A stretch of DNA of 64,000 bases from an uncultured Clostridia bacterium (GCA_946555455.1 CAMNSU010000008.1:226-64225); one strand, 5' to 3'; shown: positions 38,448 to 49,227, counted from the stretch's first letter. Notes: a model not told the origin generated them from the letters alone. Numbers and translations are program-made.

Positions 38448-41400
38448 TTATCCTTCTATACGAATCAGCATAGGTGTATATGCTTTCACCTGCGCGCTTC
38501 CGCTATACGTCTCCGTGCTGATTAAATCTGTAAACTGTTCTGCTTTTTTACCGCCTACATAAATTTCAATCTCCCTGTCGTCATCACGATAGGTGCAAAG
38601 ATTAATAATGGTTTTACCTTCATACTCTGCTGTTAAATATTCGCAATCCGTCAGAGGCTTGCCGGTTGTTTTGTCAATTACAGAAATATTGCTGTAATTT
38701 CCTTCGCGGACAACTTTTCTAATAACTTCTCCGACTTTTTCCTTGCTTGCCGCGTCAACAAAACTGCCCGAATTTGCAACATCCACGACTTCTGCCTTAG
38801 CCAGCAACGCTGCAACTTTTGCCGTATCGCGGCTATGACCGTATTCATCCTTTGCAAGCGAATCTTTGCCAAGTACAACCAATTTGCCGCCATTGCCGAC
38901 AAACTGTTCAATGGCTTCAAAACTGCTGTCCTTCACTGTTATCACGTGCGGCACAACCAGACACTTCACGTCTTTCAGTTTATCCATTGCCGATTCCACA
39001 ATAAACTGTGTTTTCTGTCCATTTTCACCCAATTTTGCATAGGCTGTATCTATCATATTCATATATTCCATAGCGTACGATGTATTATCCATGGAATAGA
39101 GCATCCCGACATTTGCCTGCGACTCGGTTATGGAAACCACTTCTTTTGCCAAACGGTTTAAATCCATGGTCATCTTTCCGATTGCAGCAACTGTAGCAGG
39201 ACGTTCGGTCAGAGTGGAATAGTAGCTTTCTCCGCCTTTTTGAGACGCTCCCGTTCTATCCCAAAACCAAACAACCGTACCGCCTTTTCCATGAACAGCG
39301 CCTTGCCATAAAGCAGCGATATTATGCGCCCGTTCTTCTTCGCTATACCCAATCTGATTGGCAAAGTAGAAAATATGCTCTTCTGTATTATAAACCGGCG
39401 TATTTTTAATTGACGTCTGATAATCATAAAAGATATCCTGTGTCCTGATGCTATAAGTGTTACGCGTTGCATAATTTGTATATGCATCGCAGCCGTTGAT
39501 GTCAATAGACGGCGCCATGGTTTCCCAGTTGTTGCATGCGTCCACTCTCTTAATATCGTTCGTGAACATAGTTTGCATCATTTTAGTTGTAATAAAAACA
39601 TTTTTGTCATACTCTCTGACAATATCCGCCTCAAAGCGATTGTAGTTTGGCAAAATTTGGTCGATGAATTCACGCCAATCGTGGAACTGAGGAGTTGCCT
39701 CCTGCATGGTAGGCATATCCACTTGGTCAAACTCTGAATAGTTCGTTCCCCACGTTGCATTTAATTTCTCAATACTGCCGTACTTTTTCTGCATTTCCTC
39801 CCTAAACAGAGGTGCATAATATACTTCTCTATTGCTTAAATACTCCGGTTCGTTCATCAGGATAATACCGTTAAAGGCAGGTTTTTCCGCCAGTCTTGGC
39901 ATAATTGTTCTGTAATAGGTTTCATACATTGCCCTTGTCTGCGGATGGTCTAAAATCGTTTGCGTAGAAAAATACGGTTGTCTTGGCGACATCGCTTCCG
40001 GAAAATCATCGCGGAACGTCTGCGGGACAAGGTGCGGCGCCGTACTTAATATACCGGATATATTGTACTCTGCCATACGGTCAAAATCTTTCGCAAAATT
40101 TTCAACCGCTTCTTCGTTCACACTCCAATAAATATTTCCATCATTCGTTTGCTCAAAATCACCGTTGACGAGCAAGTTTTTATCGCCGCCCTTTTCTTTT
40201 AAGTATGCATCATCAAGCCATGCGGCAGTTGTAGCTTCCTCATTGAAAATGTAAAACCAAAGCGCGGTTTCATTTTCGCCAGTTGTATATTCCGCTTTCA
40301 TCTCCGTCCATTCGTTAATTGTGCCGCTCACCCAATTTCGTCTGTCCCATGACCATTTGGGGTCTACGGAAAACCACGTTTTTCTTGCCTCCACCGATTT
40401 CGCCCACAACCCATATTCATATGTGGTATTCGGTTTCACTTCTACTTTTTGCGCCATATACCAATAGATATTTTCTTTTTGCGGATCCTTGGAACTCAAT
40501 TTTAACGCATTATTCCCGCCATGTTTCTCTGTGGTGCTTATCTCCGCAGTACAATTATATCCGGTAGAATCACGCGACCAACCTAAAAATAGCGGATCTG
40601 CACTGCTCATAAATTGGCTAACTCCCAGTTCAGGCTGCATCGTATTAAAACCAATTTTTGAAAGAACCGGTATCTCTTTGCGTGAAGGTGCCCAATGCCC
40701 CGCGCCCACAAAGAACACCGGAGACTGTTCCAAAACGCCATTATTCTCCACCGTCGCTTCAAAATGCTTGCCAACCACCGAGACGTTCGATGTAACATAT
40801 GACGGTGCGGAAACCGGCTGCGCTGTACCGTTAAGATATGCCGTGAGCTTTGCCTTTGTCGTTTCGTAAATTTCCGTCAGTTCTTTGTCTTGATAATAAA
40901 CATTCGATGTATCATTTCTGGAAAGATTATCTTCTATATAGTTCGCAAACTGTCCAAGAACAGCATGACCGCTTTCCTCATATTTAATTTGCATTCCTTT
41001 GTTTTTACATTCGTTTATTAATCCGGACAGTTCTGCATATTCTTCACGGTGTTTCGCAATAACCGCCCGTGTCGTATCAGCGTCTGCAAGAACGTTCGTT
41101 GTAAACGTAAGCTGTTTTTCCGCCGTACCATCCGATACTGTCATATCAACCTCCCGCTCTCCCATATCGACATGCATAACTTTAAAGCGGTACTGTTTGT
41201 GTGCACCGGCAGGGACACTGACTTGCTCCTCTTTTTTCCCCGCCGTTGATTTCAAGCTGAGACTCAATTCACGCTCCGAGGTATTAAACAAATCAATGCT
41301 GTATTCTGTCTCTCTTCCTACCATGGATTCCGTGCTGCCGGACAGCCATGCAGTATAACCCGAATGATTATCAGCCATTAGCAATAACGGGTACTCGTCG

Positions 41401-42560
41401 CTTTTCTTGTCAGAAGCAATTCCTTCCGAAACCATGACACAGCCTTTTCGTCCATTGTCATCGCCATCATTGTCATTGACAATTAAACAAAACAGCGCGG
41501 CGTCCTGCTTGCCGTTTGGAAAATAGTCTGTCCATGGAATAGCAACTTCATAAATGCTTTGCGTCCCTTCACGGCGAAAACCATATTGCAAATTATCATA
41601 TGAATTATTATATATATTGCCGCTTTGCGGGTCGCAGGCAAATCCATAACCGTAGCCAAAACGGTCGTTCGTGCCGCATACTGTAAATTGAATGCCATCG
41701 CCTGTCCAATAAGTATCCGATTGTAAAATAGGATTATGCACATCATCTTCCGCTACAACGGCAAAATATAAATTTTCATTGTCATAGGCATAACGGATAC
41801 CGGCATCCAATGTTAAATTGCCTTTATATACAATGCGGTCGGTTAACGGAATTTCTGCAATCCCCTCCCAGTCGTTCAAATCGCCGTCTATCTGCATATT
41901 TTCTTTATACGGAACTGCAATCAAGCCTCTGCCGTTCACATCACTAATAGCTTGCGCTCCACCTCCCGCAGAATTCCCCTTTGAGTTTCCTTCTTCAAAA
42001 GATGGATTGGAAATAAGGTTTGTGTTTGTTGAATCGCCCACTTTATAATAATATATATTATCAATCCATACAGCTTCTGTTTTGCTGTCCAAAATGATTC
42101 GCAGCGTCGCGGTATTTTCATCTGTTGCGTGCGTATAGTTAAATTCAAAATCGCGCCACCCCGCAGTACTACCGGTCGGCAATAAATTTGCACGCGGCGA
42201 AATCCAGTTCATAAAACACGTCACCCTGTCGGCATTTTTCACCTTTATTTTAAATCCATAACGATAGGATGCGCCCTTTTCCACATTTATCCGGTATGTA
42301 GCGGCAAAATAACAGTCATCTCCGGTCTTTACCGTGTTGTTGTACAGTTTCAAAGATTTACTGCCACTTGCAAATTCAGAGGAATCAATATATCCTCCGG
42401 AATCTGAATTGTGTGTTTCCAACGTCCAGCCCGGCACAGAAGTGGTGTCGGTTGCGTTGCGTATTTCAGCTGCGCGTACTGCCGACATGCAGCCAAACAA
42501 CATAATAAATAACATCAAATAAGCTGTCAGCCGTTTTTTTATTGATTTATTTCTATTCAT
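38448..42560 (-). CDS. Secreted multi-domain GH42-like (clan GH-A) glycosidase with N-terminal CBM-like and CBM9/DOMON-like domains
   Basis: Signal peptide, IDGDLNDW...LYFAVVAEDD domain, acid/base LMNEP, putative nucleophile YNTEEH, GAVHGKGG and a GH42-type C-terminal domain. Confidence 0.75.
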   Translation of the reverse strand: MNRNKSIKKRLTAYLMLFIMLFGCMSAVRAAEIRNATDTTSVPGWTLETHNSDSGGYIDSSEFASGSKSLKLYNNTVKTGDDCYFAATYRINVEKGASYRYGFKIKVKNADRVTCFMNWISPRANLLPTGSTAGWRDFEFNYTHATDENTATLRIILDSKTEAVWIDNIYYYKVGDSTNTNLISNPSFEEGNSKGNSAGGGAQAISDVNGRGLIAVPYKENMQIDGDLNDWEGIAEIPLTDRIVYKGNLTLDAGIRYAYDNENLYFAVVAEDDVHNPILQSDTYWTGDGIQFTVCGTNDRFGYGYGFACDPQSGNIYNNSYDNLQYGFRREGTQSIYEVAIPWTDYFPNGKQDAALFCLIVNDNDGDDNGRKGCVMVSEGIASDKKSDEYPLLLMADNHSGYTAWLSGSTESMVGRETEYSIDLFNTSERELSLSLKSTAGKKEEQVSVPAGAHKQYRFKVMHVDMGEREVDMTVSDGTAEKQLTFTTNVLADADTTRAVIAKHREEYAELSGLINECKNKGMQIKYEESGHAVLGQFANYIEDNLSRNDTSNVYYQDKELTEIYETTKAKLTAYLNGTAQPVSAPSYVTSNVSVVGKHFEATVENNGVLEQSPVFFVGAGHWAPSRKEIPVLSKIGFNTMQPELGVSQFMSSADPLFLGWSRDSTGYNCTAEISTTEKHGGNNALKLSSKDPQKENIYWYMAQKVEVKPNTTYEYGLWAKSVEARKTWFSVDPKWSWDRRNWVSGTINEWTEMKAEYTTGENETALWFYIFNEEATTAAWLDDAYLKEKGGDKNLLVNGDFEQTNDGNIYWSVNEEAVENFAKDFDRMAEYNISGILSTAPHLVPQTFRDDFPEAMSPRQPYFSTQTILDHPQTRAMYETYYRTIMPRLAEKPAFNGIILMNEPEYLSNREVYYAPLFREEMQKKYGSIEKLNATWGTNYSEFDQVDMPTMQEATPQFHDWREFIDQILPNYNRFEADIVREYDKNVFITTKMMQTMFTNDIKRVDACNNWETMAPSIDINGCDAYTNYATRNTYSIRTQDIFYDYQTSIKNTPVYNTEEHIFYFANQIGYSEEERAHNIAALWQGAVHGKGGTVVWFWDRTGASQKGGESYYSTLTERPATVAAIGKMTMDLNRLAKEVVSITESQANVGMLYSMDNTSYAMEYMNMIDTAYAKLGENGQKTQFIVESAMDKLKDVKCLVVPHVITVKDSSFEAIEQFVGNGGKLVVLGKDSLAKDEYGHSRDTAKVAALLAKAEVVDVANSGSFVDAASKEKVGEVIRKVVREGNYSNISVIDKTTGKPLTDCEYLTAEYEGKTIINLCTYRDDDREIEIYVGGKKAEQFTDLISTETYSGSAQVKAYTPMLIRIEG

Positions 42561-42581
42561 TTTTTCCCTCCGTTCAATCCG

Positions 42582-45500
42582 TTAGTTGATAATCGTTTTT
42601 GCCTGCCAAAGCGGTTTTAGATTCACAAAGGAATCCCAAATATACGCAACCACTTTATCGCCGTTATTTGTTGGAATCATATAGGTAATCGATTGCCATG
42701 TATTGTTCTGCGCAATCGGCGTCAGCGTTTCCACCGGCGTACAGGACACTAAGCGTTCACCGCTGTCATATGCTGCAAATACAAATTGCGGCGCAGCATT
42801 ATTCCCTGCCGAATGATTGAGTGCTTCAATCCTAATGGTAGTCGTTCCGTCTGTGTTGGATTCGGTATAATATTCCCCAAACTCTATTGCCGGCGGTTCA
42901 AAACCGCCGTTTTCTATCAGTTCTTTTCCCGTTGCCGTATCAACAACGCTCAATTTATCCAGATAAAAACGATTCACGCCATTATAATCCTGCAAGAACA
43001 ATAGCGCTTGATTTTCGCTTTGCAATATATAATCTTTCACTTCAAACTTATACCATCCGTTTGCATCCGGTCCTGTTACAGTCTGCCCCACATCCGGATA
43101 CTTTGTACCGGATAGGTACGGTGCATTATTCGCAATACACAGTCCTTCCGCTGTAATATATAAGGTTTTGATATCCCCTTTGAAACAGAAGCTAATATCG
43201 TACTTCCCACCGGTTGCCATGCCAAATGCGGCGCATCTTGCTGCAATCGGATACCAGTCCTTCACACTGTGATTAATATATACGGACCAATCCCCTTCAT
43301 ATGCCTCTTTAGCAGAATAGGAAACACCGTCTACAACAACGTCATTTAGTAATTCTTTGATATTCGGCGCATGTTTTCTGATGGGTTCTTCTTCCGGCGC
43401 CGCCGGTACTGCAGGCTCAAAACCGCCGTTTTCTATCAGTTCTTTTCCTGTTGCTGTATCAACAACGCTCAATTTATCCAGATAAAAACGATTCACGCCA
43501 TTATAATCCTGCAAGAACAATAGCGCTTGATTTTCGCTTTGCAATATATAATCTTTCACTTCAAACTTATACCATCCGTTTGCATCCGGTCCTGTTACAG
43601 TCTGCCCCACATCCGGATACTTTGTACCGGATAGGTACGGTGCATTATTCGCAATACACAGTCCTTCCGCTGTAATATATAAGGTTTTGATATCCCCTTT
43701 GAAACAGAAGCTAATATCGTACTTCCCACCGGTTGCCATACCAAATGCGGCGCATCTTGCTGCAATCGGATACCAATTCAATTCACTACGATTCACATAC
43801 AGCGACCATTTGCCCTCATACGCCTCCTCAGACGAATAAGAAACGCCGTCAATCTCCGCATTATTATGCAATTCTCTGATGATATTATCTGTATGCACAC
43901 CTGCTTCAACGCTTATCAACATAGGCGTATATGCTTTTACCGCCGCACTTCCTTTGTAGGTTTCTGTGCTAATTAAATCAGTAAATGCTTTTACTTTTTG
44001 TCCGTTCCTGTAAATTTCTATTTCCTTATCGGTCTCACTATAGCTGCAAAGATTAATAATCGTATTGCCATCATACTCAGAGCACAAGTATTCACAGTCC
44101 GTAAGCGGCTTACCGGTTGCCGTATCAATAATGCGGATACTTCCGTCGTTTCCGACAGCATTACTAACCGCTTCCCCCACTTTTGCTGCACATTCTGCAG
44201 TAAGATTTCCTCTGTTTGCAGAAATTTCAACAACCTCCGCATTCTGTAACACTGATGATGCATCACGCGTACGACCATACATATCTTTTGACAGTGAATC
44301 ACTGCCCAGCACAACTAATCTGCCGCCGCTTTCCACAAAACGCTTAACAGCATTAAATCCTGCATCATTCACTGCGACTACATGTGGGATGATAAGGCAT
44401 TTCAAATCACTCATCTTTTCCAATGACGCTTCCGTTTCTGTTGCAATAAACTGTGTTTTTTGTCCATTTTCTCCCAGCTTTGCATATGCCGTATAAATAG
44501 CATTCATATAGTCGTCTGCATACGGAATATTCTCTGCCGCATACAACATTCCCACATTTGCTTTTGCTTCGCTGATGGACACAATTTCTTTTGCCAAACG
44601 GTTTAAATCTAGAGTTGTTTTCCCAATTGCCGCAACGGTAGCCGGACGCTCCTTCAGCGCCAAAGAATAACTATTTTGCTCGTTTTGTCTGTTCCAAGGC
44701 CAGATGATTGTACCTCCTTTACCGTGAACAGCACCCTGCCACAAAGCGGCTGTGTTGTACGCCCGTTCCACCTCGGAGAAACTTATCTCTTCTGCGTCCA
44801 GATACAGATGTTCTTCTGAATTATATATTGGTGCGTTTTTCACAGACGTCTGATAATCATAGAAAATATCCTGTGTCCTGATGTCAAGTCGATTTCGCTG
44901 CGCTGAATTGGTGAACGCGTCACAACTGTTGATATCAAGCGTCGGCGCAAGCGCCTCCCAGTTGTTTGCACTGCCAAACCTCTGAAATGTGTTTGTATAC
45001 ATCATATTCTGCTGCATTTTTGTCTGAACAAGCACATTGGTATCATATTTTTTTACCAGACCTGCGGCATATTGATGATACCTTGCTAAAACTTGGTCGT
45101 TAAATTGGCGCCAATCATGGAATTGCGGCGTTGCCTCCTGCGCTATAGGCATAGTCACCTGTTCAAAATCGGTATAATTCGTTCCCCATTTGCTGTTCAA
45201 AGACGCAATATCGTTATATTTTTCCTCCATCGCCTCCTGAAATAATGGCAAATAATATGCCGAATCTTTATAGGTTATATATACAGGCTCATTCATCAAT
45301 ATAATGCCGTCAAAGGCAGGTTTGCCCGCAAGCGCCGGCATAATGGCGTTATAATAATCCGCATAATATTTTTTGACTTTAGGATGATCCAGCAGTGTGT
45401 TGGTAGAAAATATCCAGTTCTGTGCCGAATGAATTTCCGGATAGTCCTCGCGGTATACCTCCGGTATCCCATGAGCGCCAACATTAAAGATTCCGGACAG

Positions 45501-46625
45501 ATTATGCTCCGCCATCAGGTCAAAGTCTTTCGCAAGACCGCCGATTTCCTCCTCGTTGATTTTCCAATATGAGCTTTCGTCCCGTTCCGTCTTTTCAAAA
45601 TCACCGTTGAGCAGCAAATTGATATCAGAACCTTTTTCCTTTATATAGATATCGTCCATCCAAACTTCTGTCGGTTTTTCAATGCAGATTACGAACGTAA
45701 GGGTATGTTCATCGGCTCCGGTGGTATACTCTGCCGAAATTTCTTTCCAATCCGCAACCACTCCGCTCACCCAATTCCGCGTATTCCATTCCCAGTTTGG
45801 ATGCACATGAAACCATGTACCCGCGGCGCCGGCAGGCGCTTTTGCCCATAATCCGTATCGGTATGTAGTGTTTGGCTTCACCTGCACTGTCTGTTTCATA
45901 TACCAATAGTTGTTTTCCTTTTGCGAAGTGGTAGATTCCAGTTTCAACGCCTGGGCGCCTCCATGTTTTTGTTCTGTTACAATTTGGTAGTCTACAGGAT
46001 ATTCGCCCACTTTCCGCTCTGTCCAATTATAGATTGGAAACGTCTCTCTACTCATAAAAGAATTTCCTCCGAGTTCGGGCTGAATCGCGTTAAACCCAAA
46101 CTTGGAAAGTATCGGTATTTCACTGCGGGATGCCCATTGATGCCCTGTTCCTACAAAAAACACCGGTTGTTTTTCTAAAGTGCCGTCATTATCCACGGTC
46201 GCTTCAAAATGTTTATTTACTACCGAAATATCCGAAGTAACATAGGTAGGCGCCGACAGAGGCTGTCTTGTTCCGCCGAGGTATGCAATCAGATTTTCTT
46301 TGGTCTTTTTATAAAGTTCTGTTAATTCTCTGTCTTGCTCTGCCGCATTTTCTGTGCTTCCTTTGGATAAATTCTCTTCCATGTAATTTGGAAATTGCCC
46401 AAGCACATTATAATTAATCTCGTCATACTCCAGCTGCATTCCTCTGTTTTTACATTCCTCCATTAAGGGAGTCAGTTCCGCATATTCCGTCCGATGCTTG
46501 TCAATCATTGCCTGAACCGTCTGCACCTCCGTTTGTGCGTTTACGCTTACCGACAAACCTCCCAATAACATCGCAACACCCACAACACAAGCCGTCAATC
46601 TTTTTTGCTTGAATATGTTTTTCAT
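42582..46625 (-). CDS. Secreted GH42-like glycosidase with two C-terminal CBM-like repeats and a WDS-type domain
   Basis: Signal peptide, LMNEP and YNSEEH motifs. Catalytic core clearly paralogous to 38448-42560. Ends AYIWDSFVNLKPL. RBS before 46625. Confidence 0.75.
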   Translation of the reverse strand: MKNIFKQKRLTACVVGVAMLLGGLSVSVNAQTEVQTVQAMIDKHRTEYAELTPLMEECKNRGMQLEYDEINYNVLGQFPNYMEENLSKGSTENAAEQDRELTELYKKTKENLIAYLGGTRQPLSAPTYVTSDISVVNKHFEATVDNDGTLEKQPVFFVGTGHQWASRSEIPILSKFGFNAIQPELGGNSFMSRETFPIYNWTERKVGEYPVDYQIVTEQKHGGAQALKLESTTSQKENNYWYMKQTVQVKPNTTYRYGLWAKAPAGAAGTWFHVHPNWEWNTRNWVSGVVADWKEISAEYTTGADEHTLTFVICIEKPTEVWMDDIYIKEKGSDINLLLNGDFEKTERDESSYWKINEEEIGGLAKDFDLMAEHNLSGIFNVGAHGIPEVYREDYPEIHSAQNWIFSTNTLLDHPKVKKYYADYYNAIMPALAGKPAFDGIILMNEPVYITYKDSAYYLPLFQEAMEEKYNDIASLNSKWGTNYTDFEQVTMPIAQEATPQFHDWRQFNDQVLARYHQYAAGLVKKYDTNVLVQTKMQQNMMYTNTFQRFGSANNWEALAPTLDINSCDAFTNSAQRNRLDIRTQDIFYDYQTSVKNAPIYNSEEHLYLDAEEISFSEVERAYNTAALWQGAVHGKGGTIIWPWNRQNEQNSYSLALKERPATVAAIGKTTLDLNRLAKEIVSISEAKANVGMLYAAENIPYADDYMNAIYTAYAKLGENGQKTQFIATETEASLEKMSDLKCLIIPHVVAVNDAGFNAVKRFVESGGRLVVLGSDSLSKDMYGRTRDASSVLQNAEVVEISANRGNLTAECAAKVGEAVSNAVGNDGSIRIIDTATGKPLTDCEYLCSEYDGNTIINLCSYSETDKEIEIYRNGQKVKAFTDLISTETYKGSAAVKAYTPMLISVEAGVHTDNIIRELHNNAEIDGVSYSSEEAYEGKWSLYVNRSELNWYPIAARCAAFGMATGGKYDISFCFKGDIKTLYITAEGLCIANNAPYLSGTKYPDVGQTVTGPDANGWYKFEVKDYILQSENQALLFLQDYNGVNRFYLDKLSVVDTATGKELIENGGFEPAVPAAPEEEPIRKHAPNIKELLNDVVVDGVSYSAKEAYEGDWSVYINHSVKDWYPIAARCAAFGMATGGKYDISFCFKGDIKTLYITAEGLCIANNAPYLSGTKYPDVGQTVTGPDANGWYKFEVKDYILQSENQALLFLQDYNGVNRFYLDKLSVVDTATGKELIENGGFEPPAIEFGEYYTESNTDGTTTIRIEALNHSAGNNAAPQFVFAAYDSGERLVSCTPVETLTPIAQNNTWQSITYMIPTNNGDKVVAYIWDSFVNLKPLWQAKTIIN
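42898..43775. repeat. Intragenic near-perfect direct repeat (2 x 359 bp, offset 519 bp)
   Basis: 42898-43256 versus 43417-43775; only 3 differences seen by eye. Confidence 0.9.
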
Positions 46626-46653
46626 ATTTGTTATCTCCACCTTTAGCCAGCTA

Positions 46654-49227
46654 TTATTTCGTGATTGACTGTGCAGGCATCAGCAGCGTCATACCATCTG
46701 CCGAATCCCAAAGATACGCAATTATTTTTTCGCCGCTCTTCGCTTTGATAGTTTGCGTAAGCGTTACCCATTGATTGTTCTCCGGAATTGTATTTGGCTC
46801 TGCATCTTTTGAGCACGCCGTCATATATGTTCCGTTATATGCCGCTACAATAAGCTGCGCAGTTGCATTTTCGCCGGCAGAATGATTGATAACTTTAATC
46901 GAAACTGTTTTTCCGCCATCCGCATTGTCTGTAATCTTATAATCGCCAAATTCCATTGCCGGAGGTTCAAAGCCGCCGTTTTCTATCAATTCATTGCCGG
47001 TTGCCACATCGACAATACTTAAATTATCCAAATAGAATTTATTTCCTTTTTCAGCGTTATTTTGTATAAAGAAGAGGGTTCTGATTTCACCATCGAACGT
47101 ATAACCCTTTATCTCATACTTGCGCCAGCCGTTTGCATCAGCTGCGGACAATGTGTTACCGTTACCGGAATAGAAATCTTTATTTTCCCAGATACAGTAT
47201 TTTTGAGCATTTATAATATAAAAGCCCTGAACGTCACCGTTTATATAAAAGCTTATATCATATGTTTTGCCGTTCTCCATTCCAAAATCTCCGCATTTTT
47301 TGGTGAATCTGTAATAATCGCTCCCATCTACAGTATGATTGATATATACAGATCTGATGCCGGCATATGCCTTATCTGTTGAATAAGTGATTCCCGGCAT
47401 TTCAGCTGTATTACGAAATTCTCTTATAATATTATCTGTTCTTGTAATCGGTTCAGTTGGTTCTGGCGGTGTAGTTGGTGTTATCGTTGGCGGTGGTGTT
47501 GGCGGTGTTTCAATAGGTTCAAAACTGCCGTTCTGCACCAATTCTGGTCCTTCGCTGTTATCTGCATTCACTTCCTTGATACTCAACCCATCCAGATAAA
47601 AATCGCCGCCGCCTTTGTTCCAGTCAGTTTCCGGATCAATAGAGAACAACGGAAGGCTGTTTACCCAGTCGCTTGATTCGCCCGTATGTGCATTTGTCCA
47701 ATTCAGATAATACCATCCATCTCCTACAGGCTCAAATGTAGAAGTTGCATATCCGGTTGGAGACAAAGAATCAGTAGAATTATTCTTCTTGGGTTCGGTC
47801 GGAGAATTTGCATCAAACATAATTCTCGCATTTCCAATATTGGCATAGAACCGTTTGACATTTCCTTTTAAATAGAATCTGACATTATATATTTTGTTAC
47901 TCTCCAAACCAAAATCTGACCATTTTGCTGAGATGCCCTTACCGTTTTCCGGATCTTTTACATGTACCGACCAATCCCCTTCATATGCTTCTTTCGCTGA
48001 ATATTCCACTCCGTCTATTACCGCTGTATTATGAAGTTCCTTTATAATATTATCTGTTCTGACAGGTGTTTCTGTTGGTGTCGGTGTCGGCGTCGGTGTT
48101 GGTGTCGGCGTTGACGGTGTTTCAATAAGTTCAAAGCTACCATTTTCCACAAGCTCCTTATTGGCTGACTTGTCAATAACGCTTAAGTTATCTATATAGA
48201 AATTATTCTCGCCGTTATAATCCTGCATAAACAACAACGCCTGAGAGTTATCCTTCAATGTATAGTTTTGCACTTCAAACTTATACCAGCCGTTTGCATC
48301 AGGTCCCGTTACTTTTTGACCTACGTCCGGATAATTTGTTCCTGATATATACGGCTTATTATCCGTGACACACAAACTCCACGCCGTAAGATATACTGTT
48401 CTTATATCGCCCTTAAAATAGAAACTAATATCATACTGATTACCGTTTATCATTCCAAAATCAGCACAGTTGGCTGAAAGCTTATAGTAATTACCGGCTT
48501 TAGCATTAATATGTACGGACCAATCTCCTTCATACGCTTCCGCAGTCGAATAGACAACGCCGCCAACCTCCGCCGTATTGTGTAATTCTTTGACAATATT
48601 ATCTTCCCGTTCCGACGGCACCGACGGATCTACCACCCCTGCCGGTTCAAAACTGCCGTTTTCTATCAGTTCCTTATCATTATTTCCCTTGTCAATAACA
48701 CTTAAGTTATCCAAATAAAAATCGTTCGCATGATACCAATTCGCTATAAATATCAATTCCCGATTCTCGTTAATCAGCGAATAATTCTTCACTTCAAATT
48801 TATACCAGCCGTTTGCATCAGGTCCTGTCACCGTTTGCCCTACATTCGGATACTTAGCAGAACCGTCTAAATAAATTTTATTCTCACCGATACACATTCC
48901 CTCTGCTGTGACATATATGCATTGTGCATCGCCTTTGAAACAGAAACTAATATCATATGTTCCACCGGTTGTCATTCCAAAATCCGCGCATGGCGCTGCA
49001 ATTGGATACCAGCTACTGCTACTATGGCTGACATGCACCGACCACTCTCCTTCATATGCTTCCGCGTTAGAATAGGTGACGCCATCAATCTCCGTCGTAT
49101 TATGTAATTCTGTTATAATGTTGACGCGGCTTTCAGCGGCAAACGCCGCATAATTATCTGCTCCAAATGTTAAGAACATAACCGCCAGCGTCAAGATCGA
49201 TACAAACCTTTTTGCGTTTCCATTCAT
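46654..49227 (-). CDS. Secreted non-catalytic protein with four CBM-like modules and a WDS-type C-terminal domain
   Basis: Signal peptide, four ELHNT...AYEG.WSV...FYLDNLS...ELIENG.FEP repeats separated by PT linkers. RBS AAGGAG before 49227. Confidence 0.8.
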   Translation of the reverse strand: MNGNAKRFVSILTLAVMFLTFGADNYAAFAAESRVNIITELHNTTEIDGVTYSNAEAYEGEWSVHVSHSSSSWYPIAAPCADFGMTTGGTYDISFCFKGDAQCIYVTAEGMCIGENKIYLDGSAKYPNVGQTVTGPDANGWYKFEVKNYSLINENRELIFIANWYHANDFYLDNLSVIDKGNNDKELIENGSFEPAGVVDPSVPSEREDNIVKELHNTAEVGGVVYSTAEAYEGDWSVHINAKAGNYYKLSANCADFGMINGNQYDISFYFKGDIRTVYLTAWSLCVTDNKPYISGTNYPDVGQKVTGPDANGWYKFEVQNYTLKDNSQALLFMQDYNGENNFYIDNLSVIDKSANKELVENGSFELIETPSTPTPTPTPTPTPTETPVRTDNIIKELHNTAVIDGVEYSAKEAYEGDWSVHVKDPENGKGISAKWSDFGLESNKIYNVRFYLKGNVKRFYANIGNARIMFDANSPTEPKKNNSTDSLSPTGYATSTFEPVGDGWYYLNWTNAHTGESSDWVNSLPLFSIDPETDWNKGGGDFYLDGLSIKEVNADNSEGPELVQNGSFEPIETPPTPPPTITPTTPPEPTEPITRTDNIIREFRNTAEMPGITYSTDKAYAGIRSVYINHTVDGSDYYRFTKKCGDFGMENGKTYDISFYINGDVQGFYIINAQKYCIWENKDFYSGNGNTLSAADANGWRKYEIKGYTFDGEIRTLFFIQNNAEKGNKFYLDNLSIVDVATGNELIENGGFEPPAMEFGDYKITDNADGGKTVSIKVINHSAGENATAQLIVAAYNGTYMTACSKDAEPNTIPENNQWVTLTQTIKAKSGEKIIAYLWDSADGMTLLMPAQSITK

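Noticed and set aside
42887-43675. Two near-identical plus-strand ORFs (42887..43156, 43451..43675)
   Set aside because: They are antisense shadows of the intragenic duplication in the GH42-like gene.
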